Shown here: positions 17,987 through 24,993 of the stretch, piece after piece
How the letters are laid out: each line of letters begins with the position of its first letter
Numbering within the stretch: the stretch's first letter is position 1
Origin: Candidatus Altimarinota bacterium
GTDB lineage: Bacteria > Patescibacteriota > Gracilibacteria > JBDHUY01
Assembly (NCBI GenBank): GCA_039809385.1
Contig: JBDHUY010000017.1
Location: 1 to 37,330 of the forward strand
DNA length: 37,330 nt
Direction: 5' to 3'
Program-made: the position numbers and the translations under genes
The notes under the pieces: generated by a model
Told to the model about the DNA's origin: nothing
Seen by the model: the letters and a program-made list of their open reading frames with translations, nothing else
Database searches by the model: none

Positions 17987-20025
17987 ACAATTTTCAAAAT
18001 AAAGTCAGTTTAATCTGGAATATCGCTGAATTTCTCCGCGGTAGCTGGAAGCAGCACGAATATCAGGACGTGGTACTTCCTTTAACTGTACTCAAGCGTC
18101 TTGATTCGGTTTTGGAGAAAACCAAAGAGAAAGTTTTGAAGGAATACAATCAGCATCAGGGCAAAATCAATGTTGCGCCGATTTTGAAGGACATTACGGG
18201 AGTTGGGTTTTATAACACCTCGGTTTATGACTTTCATAAACTTTTGAACGATCAGAAAGATATTTCAAAAAACTTAAGAAACTACATCAGCGGTTTTTCC
18301 GAAAACGTTCAGCAAATCATCGAAAAGTTCGACTTTGAAAAGCATCTTGCGCGTCTTGAAGGGGGTAATCTCCTGTACCTCATTGTTAAGGAGTTAAATA
18401 AAGTTGATCTACATCCTGATGCTGTTAGTAACACGGAGATGGGGTACATCTTTGAAGAGTTGATTCGAAGATTTTCTGAACAATCCAATGAGACGGCTGG
18501 TGAGCACTACACTCCGCGCGAGGTGATTCAAATGATGGTTGAAGTGATGTTTACGATGGATAAGCATTTGCTTAAAAAAGAGCACACGATTAAGACGATT
18601 TACGACCCTTGTTGCGGCACAGGCGGCATGTTGGCGGTTTCAAAGAAATTTATTGCCGAACATATCAATTCCAAAGCGGATATTTATCTGTATGGGCAGG
18701 AATTGAACCCCGTGACGTACGCCATGTGCAAGGCGGATATGCTGATTAAAGGCGAAGATGCCGACAAAATCAAAGGCGGTGAAAAAGATCACTCTAAAGC
18801 AAGTACGCTCTCAAATGATCAATTTATCGACCAACATTTTGATTATTGCATAACAAATCCGCCGTTTGGCGTGGATTGGAGGAAGGATCAGGAAGCGGTT
18901 GAACGTGAGGCTCAGCGAGGTCATGCGGGCAGGTTTGGCGCAGGAACTCCACGAAGTTCCGATGGGCAACTACTCTTTTTGCAGCACATGATTTCTAAAA
19001 TGCAGAATCCTTTGAGTGGTGGAGGACGCATTGCGATTGTTTTTAACGGTTCTCCGCTTTTTACGGGGGATGCAGGGAGTGGTGAAAGTGAAATTCGCCG
19101 CTGGATTTTGGAGAATGATTGGCTTGAGGCGATCGTTGCCCTGCCTGATCAGCTTTTTTATAACACGGGTATCTCGACCTATGTCTGGTTTTTAACCAAC
19201 CGTAAAGAGCATGAGCGTAAAGGCAAAGTTCAATTGATTGATGCACGTGGATTTTTCAAGAAGATGCGAAAAAGTTTGGGCAATAAGCGCAATGAAATAA
19301 CCGATGAAGATCGAGTTCATATCGTGAAGCTTTACGAGGAATTTAAGTCATCAAAGCATTGTAAGATTTTCAAAACAACCGATTTTGCATTTAGGCAAAT
19401 TACGGTTGAGCGACCGTTAAGGCTTAATTTTCAAGTAAGTGCGGAAAGAATTGAGTGTGTGAAAGAGCAGTCTGCATTTAAGGGTTTAGCTGAAAGTAAA
19501 AAGAAGGGTGATGCGGGTATTTTGGAGATTGAGGAAGGAAGAGCATTTCAAAAAGAGGTTTTAGCTGTGCTGGAAAAGCTGGATAGCAAACTGTATCGAA
19601 ACCGTGAGGCATTTCTTGAGGCTTTTGACGAAGTTTTCAAAAAGTCTGGCATAAAGCTGCCTGTTTCACTGAAAAAAGGAATTTTGGAAGGTTTGAGCGA
19701 ACGTGACGAGGAAGCCGATATTTGTTTGGATAGCAAAGGTAGTCCTGAACCAGATAGCGAACTTCGCGATACCGAAAATGTGCCTTATGAACAGGATATT
19801 TATGAGTATTTTGCGAAGGAAGTGAAGCCTTATGCGCCTGACGCGTGGATTGATGAAAAGAAAGTGGACGACAAAGACGGCAAGGTAGGACGTGTTGGCT
19901 ATGAAATCCCCGTCACTCGTTATTTTTACGAATATCAATCGCCTCGCGCGCTTGAAGAGATTGAGGCGGATATTGAAAAGGTTGAGAATGAACTTCTTGG
20001 CTTGTTTAAAGAATTAACCAAATAA
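17983..20025 (+). CDS. hsdM: type I restriction-modification methyltransferase subunit M
   Basis: AGEHYTPREV, motif I DPCCGTGGM, GQELN, motif IV NPPFG, LFYNTGI. Confidence 0.96.
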   Translation: MNNFQNKVSLIWNIAEFLRGSWKQHEYQDVVLPLTVLKRLDSVLEKTKEKVLKEYNQHQGKINVAPILKDITGVGFYNTSVYDFHKLLNDQKDISKNLRNYISGFSENVQQIIEKFDFEKHLARLEGGNLLYLIVKELNKVDLHPDAVSNTEMGYIFEELIRRFSEQSNETAGEHYTPREVIQMMVEVMFTMDKHLLKKEHTIKTIYDPCCGTGGMLAVSKKFIAEHINSKADIYLYGQELNPVTYAMCKADMLIKGEDADKIKGGEKDHSKASTLSNDQFIDQHFDYCITNPPFGVDWRKDQEAVEREAQRGHAGRFGAGTPRSSDGQLLFLQHMISKMQNPLSGGGRIAIVFNGSPLFTGDAGSGESEIRRWILENDWLEAIVALPDQLFYNTGISTYVWFLTNRKEHERKGKVQLIDARGFFKKMRKSLGNKRNEITDEDRVHIVKLYEEFKSSKHCKIFKTTDFAFRQITVERPLRLNFQVSAERIECVKEQSAFKGLAESKKKGDAGILEIEEGRAFQKEVLAVLEKLDSKLYRNREAFLEAFDEVFKKSGIKLPVSLKKGILEGLSERDEEADICLDSKGSPEPDSELRDTENVPYEQDIYEYFAKEVKPYAPDAWIDEKKVDDKDGKVGRVGYEIPVTRYFYEYQSPRALEEIEADIEKVENELLGLFKELTK

Positions 20026-20028
20026 CTC

Positions 20029-20211
20029 ATGAAAATTTACACACTTTCGAAGTCAGCCTACATCCTGCGCAAACAATGGGAGCGTGAGGACAAAAAAGTC
20101 TTTGCCAAATTCAGGAAAGATGAAGAGATTTTGCAGGTGATTAACGCGTTAGCGGAGATGATTGTGCGAATGCAGGTACGACAGCCAGCGGAACCGAAAG
20201 TACATTTTTAA
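20029..20211 (+). CDS. small hypothetical protein (60 aa)
   Basis: fills the hsdM-KilA-N gap almost exactly (3-nt and 11-nt spacers). Confidence 0.55.
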   Translation: MKIYTLSKSAYILRKQWEREDKKVFAKFRKDEEILQVINALAEMIVRMQVRQPAEPKVHF

Positions 20212-20222
20212 CTTTTACAATT

Positions 20223-21047
20223 ATGACTGATCAAAAAATCAATGTTAAAGGGATAGAAATTGTTATCGCTCAGAAAAATGGTAACGATTATATCTCTTTA
20301 ACCGACATGGCGAAGTCTAAGAATCCGGATGAGCCACGTTTTGTGGTTCAAAACTGGATGAAAACCCGATTCACAGTTGAATTTATGGGGAATTGGGAGA
20401 TTTTACATAATGCGGATTTTAACCGTATCGAATTCGACACGGTTAAAAATGAAGCTGGAAGTAATGCCTTTGTTCTGACTCCTGATAAATGGATTAAAAC
20501 TACAAATGCCATAGGTATAAGATCGAAGGCCGGTCGTTATGGTGGAGGAACTTTTGCCCACAGGGATATCGCCTTTGAATTCGCTTCATGGCTTTCCCCA
20601 GAGTTCAAGCTGTATTTAATTAAAGAGTTCCAACGGCTTAAAGAGGAAGAAAGTGAACGACTTACGCTTGGTTGGGATGTAAAACGACAACTTACCAAAA
20701 TCAATTACCGTGTTCATACCGACGCAATCAAAGCGCATTTGATTCCCGCACATCTTTCTGCTGGGCAAATCAATATGACTTACGCGAGTGAAGCCGATAT
20801 TTTGAACAAAGCACTTTTTGGTCTGACGGCAAAAGAATGGGAAGCTGCTAATCCAAAAGAAAAGGGTAATATGCGTGATCATGCCTCAGTAACACAGCTT
20901 GTTTGTTTGGCAAATTTGGAGTCATTGAATGCTGAATTTATCAGACAAGGCCTTTCACAACCCGAAAGGCTCATGAGACTCAACCAGATTGCAATTGTGC
21001 AGATGCAATCTCTTCTTGGTAATCCAACTGTTAAAAAATTGAAATAA
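20223..21047 (+). CDS. KilA-N domain DNA-binding protein
   Basis: DYISLTDMAK, NWM, KAGRYGGGTFAH.DIAFEFASWLSPEFKLYLIKEFQRLK; TAATG overlap with hsdS. Confidence 0.92.
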   Translation: MTDQKINVKGIEIVIAQKNGNDYISLTDMAKSKNPDEPRFVVQNWMKTRFTVEFMGNWEILHNADFNRIEFDTVKNEAGSNAFVLTPDKWIKTTNAIGIRSKAGRYGGGTFAHRDIAFEFASWLSPEFKLYLIKEFQRLKEEESERLTLGWDVKRQLTKINYRVHTDAIKAHLIPAHLSAGQINMTYASEADILNKALFGLTAKEWEAANPKEKGNMRDHASVTQLVCLANLESLNAEFIRQGLSQPERLMRLNQIAIVQMQSLLGNPTVKKLK

Positions 21048-22750
21048 TGCAGATTCAACTCAAGAAACATCACGGGCGGTACAGCAACTACAAGCAAACG
21101 GGAATACCGTGGCTTGGTGAGGTGCCTGAGGAATGGGAGATTTCAAAGGTAAAGCAGCTTACTAAAATATTTAATGGTGCGACGCCGAAATCAGCTGTTG
21201 AGGATTATTGGGACGGTAATATCCCTTGGTTTACACCCGCTGATATAAGTAAGGAGGAAAAATATCTTGGCGAGCCAAAAAGAATGATCACGAAAATTGG
21301 TTACGAATCATGCGGAACTAATTTGGTAAAAGCTGGCAGTATTCTGATTTCAAATCGTGCACCGATTGGCTTAGTGGCAATAGGAAAAACCCCTTTCTGT
21401 GCTAATCAAGGATGTAAGTCGCTCCAAGTTAAAAGGAACTATTCATCGGATTATCTTTATTACCTTCTTTATTCTTTTTCGAGTGTTCTTGATAGTTTAG
21501 GAAATGGAAGTACTTTTAAAGAATTGAGTGCTTCAACCCTGGGAGACTTCAATATTACTTTGCCAAAACAAAGGCAAGAACAGGCCACTATCGCCAATTA
21601 TCTTGATGAAAAATCAGCGCTTATCGAAAGCATTATTGAGGCAAAACAAAAGCAGATTGAGCTTTTGAAGGAAAAGCGAGCTGCCCTTATCAATCGAACG
21701 GTGACGAAAGGAATTCGTGTCAAAGTTATGTTTGATACGAACGCTTTTGATCAATGGCGGAAACTGTCAAAAAAAGATCAGGATAGACTGTTGGAGCGAG
21801 TGGAAATTATCTACACCCATATTCAGGAAGACGAATTACCTTCAGACCTTCGGGGTGTATTGCCTTCTGCGAAAAAAGTGTCGACCAGTGGCGCTATATA
21901 CGATGTTTCTCGCTATGATCATTGCACTTATGGAGGCGAAGAGGATAGCAGTAATATTAGCGCACTTGTAGGGAGCGGAAAGAAAGAAAATCACAATAAG
22001 GATGCGTTGATTGCCAATACCGCAAAGATGCAGAACTACCTTTTGATTACCGATGACCAAAGATTTCAAAAGAAATGCAGTAAAATTGGCGCCGAGGCGA
22101 TTCCTTTTAAAGAGTTTATTGCTCGTTTTGAGATGAAGGATAGTTGGGTGGAGTGGCTTGGAAATATTCCAATAAAATGGCGCTTTGAGAGGTTAAAGTA
22201 TGTGGCTCAAATTCAGAATAAAAAAATAGCGAATGCGTCATCAGACTCACAATATGTTGCATTGGAAAATGTTGAGAGCTGGACGGGAAAACTTATAAAT
22301 CTCAATGAAAAGGCTGAGTTTGAAAGTATTGTGAATGAGTTCGAGGCAGGTGACGTCTTATTTGGGAAGTTAAGACCTTATTTGGCAAAAGTAGTTTTAC
22401 CAGAGTTCAAGGGTGTTTGTACTGGAGAAATGCTTGTTCTCAGACCTAATAAGAATAAGATCTTGAAAGATTTTTTGTTTTATAGGCTTATTTCGAGCGC
22501 TTTTATTGATGTTGTGAATTACTCAACATATGGAGCGAAGATGCCTCGTGCGAGTTGGGGTTTTATCGGAAATTTACGAATAGGATTCCCAGAGCCTGAA
22601 GAGCAAAAATCAATCGTGGACTATCTCAAGTTGGAAGGTAAAAAAATTGACCTTGCTATTGAGCGAATTGATGCATCTATCGGACTTCTTCGGGAGTATA
22701 AAACTTCTCTGATTTCCAACGTGGTAACGGGCAAAATCAAAGTAACATAA
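21047..22750 (+). CDS. hsdS: type I RM specificity subunit S with an internal PIN-domain insertion
   Basis: repeated conserved regions W.G.VP..W / EQ..I..YL...I.LL.E....LI...VT.G flanking two TRDs; aa 223-361 are PIN-like. Confidence 0.93.
   Translation: MQIQLKKHHGRYSNYKQTGIPWLGEVPEEWEISKVKQLTKIFNGATPKSAVEDYWDGNIPWFTPADISKEEKYLGEPKRMITKIGYESCGTNLVKAGSILISNRAPIGLVAIGKTPFCANQGCKSLQVKRNYSSDYLYYLLYSFSSVLDSLGNGSTFKELSASTLGDFNITLPKQRQEQATIANYLDEKSALIESIIEAKQKQIELLKEKRAALINRTVTKGIRVKVMFDTNAFDQWRKLSKKDQDRLLERVEIIYTHIQEDELPSDLRGVLPSAKKVSTSGAIYDVSRYDHCTYGGEEDSSNISALVGSGKKENHNKDALIANTAKMQNYLLITDDQRFQKKCSKIGAEAIPFKEFIARFEMKDSWVEWLGNIPIKWRFERLKYVAQIQNKKIANASSDSQYVALENVESWTGKLINLNEKAEFESIVNEFEAGDVLFGKLRPYLAKVVLPEFKGVCTGEMLVLRPNKNKILKDFLFYRLISSAFIDVVNYSTYGAKMPRASWGFIGNLRIGFPEPEEQKSIVDYLKLEGKKIDLAIERIDASIGLLREYKTSLISNVVTGKIKVT
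21713..22129 (+). other. PIN-like nuclease domain inside HsdS
   Basis: VMFDTN...QEDEL...KDALIANTA...LLITDDQRF, the VapC/PIN acidic tetrad pattern. Confidence 0.8.
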
Positions 22751-22755
22751 TCTTT

Positions 22756-23685
22756 ATGCGACCAAACTTTTTTATCAAATATCGGGGGATTAATGCGAGC
22801 AATGACTCTGCGGTTGATTTGGTGGCATTGGGCGAATCAATTATAGGCTTTGATGCTCTGATTAAAGATATATTTGAGATTTCTAAAATAAACGGGGAAG
22901 TATCTGTGAGCGCCACAAAAACTAGAGATGGCTCCTTGATCGTTGATATTTTGGTTAGCATTTCAAATATTGCGAACGCAATACCCTTTGAAAGGGTTGA
23001 AGATTTGTTGAATTTTTTGAGAATCGTCGACCATAACGCATGGGAATTGGCCAATAATTTCTTTAATGATTTAACCCATGCACATAGGACGTTAAATGAT
23101 TATTTTGCGGCAAATCCACTCGATTACACTTTGGCTTGTAGCTTTGTTGCGTACTTAATTGGAAGGGCTAAAAAACATAAGCAGAAGCCAGATCTTGATG
23201 ATTTACCAAAGGATTATGCTATTGCTTTGCATAAAGCAATTAAGGCTCGAAAATTCAAAAAGGCTATTTCTCCATTGATTGAAAACGAAGTTACTTCAAT
23301 TGAAGTAAGTGATGACCGCGATTTTGGCCGAGAGAGCACGGCAGTTATCGATGCCAGTAATTTTGAAAACTATTTAAGTGAAGATGAAGAGACAATCCTT
23401 CCTGATTATGAAAACGGTAAAGTGTACTTATTTACTGGGGCGATAGTCAGTATTCAATGTATTAGAGGTGAAACGATGAAAATTCGTATTCATGGATTTC
23501 ACAAAAAATACCGTGATTTAGTGGCATTTCCAGAGGAGGGCAAGACAACTGAAGACTATATGGCATTTTACGGAAAGGATAAGACAATATTGATTGAAGC
23601 TTTGATTGAAAGATCATCGTTGTATCAAAAGCCTAAAATTCATATACGTAAAATGAGCTTACAAAATCAGCCATTATTTGAATAA
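22756..23685 (+). CDS. hypothetical protein (309 aa) in the RM operon
   Basis: tightly coupled ORF 5 nt after hsdS; no confidently recognised family. Confidence 0.8.
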   Translation: MRPNFFIKYRGINASNDSAVDLVALGESIIGFDALIKDIFEISKINGEVSVSATKTRDGSLIVDILVSISNIANAIPFERVEDLLNFLRIVDHNAWELANNFFNDLTHAHRTLNDYFAANPLDYTLACSFVAYLIGRAKKHKQKPDLDDLPKDYAIALHKAIKARKFKKAISPLIENEVTSIEVSDDRDFGRESTAVIDASNFENYLSEDEETILPDYENGKVYLFTGAIVSIQCIRGETMKIRIHGFHKKYRDLVAFPEEGKTTEDYMAFYGKDKTILIEALIERSSLYQKPKIHIRKMSLQNQPLFE

Positions 23686-23704
23686 AATTTAACTTTCTTA
23701 AACT

Positions 23705-24790
23705 ATGCACCCATTCAAGCCCCACAAATTGCCGATAAAAAATCTCGACTGGACTCGATTTATTCACCTTATTGGTGAGTCAAATCGGGAAGTTGCACGC
23801 TTTGACGGGCTTTTGCAGAGCATGCAGAATCCTGGGGTGCTGCTTTCACCACTGACCACACAGGAAGCCGTGCTGTCATCGAAAATTGAAGGAACTCAGG
23901 TGACTTTGCAAGAAGTGTTGGAGTTTGAAGCCGATCCAACCGAACATGCAGAAAAACATGATGATATTGAGGAAGTTTTGAATTATCGAAAGGCGATGCA
24001 CTATGCTGTGGAAAATCTGGATAAAGTTTCTTTTTCGGGAAGGCTGATTAAGGGTGTTCATTCAATTTTGCTCGACGGTGTGAGAGGAGAAAATAAAGAT
24101 CGTGGGAACTTTAGAAGCGGACAAGTCCATATCGGAAAATCAAAGAAGATTGAAGAAGCCAGTTATGTTCCTCCTGCACCTCATGATATTGCCGAAGCGT
24201 TCTCGAATCTTGAGAGATATTGCCACGAAACCGAAAAAGACGATCTTGTTCAATTGGCCATTATTCATGCCCAGTTTGAGATTATTCACCCGTTTTGGGA
24301 TGGAAATGGTCGTGTTGGGCGTATTATCCTGCCACTTTTTCTGTATTTCAAAAAAGTACTCACAAGCCCGATGTTTTATTTGAGCGCCTATTTTGAAAAG
24401 AACAGGGATCAATATTACCAGTATTTGAAAGGCGTTTCCGAGAAAAATGACTGGGAATCATGGATTGAATATTTTTTACAGGCGGTTGTGACGCAGGCGA
24501 AAGAGAATGTTATCAAGGCTAAGGCGATTCACAGCCTTTATGACCAGAAAAAGAATCGAATTGTAGGTTTGACTCATTCACAGTTCGCCATCAAAACTTT
24601 GGATTTTCTTTTTTCTTATCCGATTTTTACATCTGCGCAATTTGTAAAGTTAACAGGAATTCCTCAGGGGACTGCTCTTCGTTTATTGAGTAAGTTGAAA
24701 CAAGGGGAGGTAATTACCGAGATGCGCACAAAAAAAGGACGTTCGGCTATGATTTATCTGTTTCCAAAGCTTTTGAAAATAACTGGTTAA
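23705..24790 (+). CDS. Fic family protein with N-terminal inhibitory motif and C-terminal HTH
   Basis: SSKIEG inhibitory helix; catalytic HPFWDGNGRVGR; C-terminal wHTH-like segment. Confidence 0.93.
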   Translation: MHPFKPHKLPIKNLDWTRFIHLIGESNREVARFDGLLQSMQNPGVLLSPLTTQEAVLSSKIEGTQVTLQEVLEFEADPTEHAEKHDDIEEVLNYRKAMHYAVENLDKVSFSGRLIKGVHSILLDGVRGENKDRGNFRSGQVHIGKSKKIEEASYVPPAPHDIAEAFSNLERYCHETEKDDLVQLAIIHAQFEIIHPFWDGNGRVGRIILPLFLYFKKVLTSPMFYLSAYFEKNRDQYYQYLKGVSEKNDWESWIEYFLQAVVTQAKENVIKAKAIHSLYDQKKNRIVGLTHSQFAIKTLDFLFSYPIFTSAQFVKLTGIPQGTALRLLSKLKQGEVITEMRTKKGRSAMIYLFPKLLKITG

Positions 24791-24960
24791 TTCTTAACTG
24801 TCACGAATGACACATAAAATCTTTTATCTCTCACGGTTACGTAAATACGAGAGATGAAATAGGTTAACTCTCACATATGAAACTTAAGTTAGTTTGTAGC
24901 TCATAAAATCGAAAATATGAGCGATAAAAAGAATTATAGCTCATCTGTGAGCCACAACAT
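24791..24960. repeat. degenerate 70-bp tandem array of inverted half-sites
   Basis: TCA starts at 24801, 24831, 24871, 24901, 24941; partner (T/C)GA ends at 24810, 24850, 24880, 24920, 24950. Confidence 0.75.
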
Positions 24961-24993
24961 TGTAACAACAATTTCTACACTTTAACGAAAAAT

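Noticed and set aside
21713-22129. Intein or IS insertion in hsdS
   Set aside because: There is no Cys/Ser start or His-Asn end, no terminal inverted repeats, target duplication or transposase; the motifs are PIN-like
21047-22750. Phase-variable or invertible hsdS (shufflon)
   Set aside because: There is no second hsdS/TRD copy, no flanking inverted repeats and no simple-sequence tract
24791-24960. Degenerate CRISPR array or integron attC cassette
   Set aside because: Only half-sites are conserved; there is no repeat-spacer structure, no clear attC core boxes and no integron integrase
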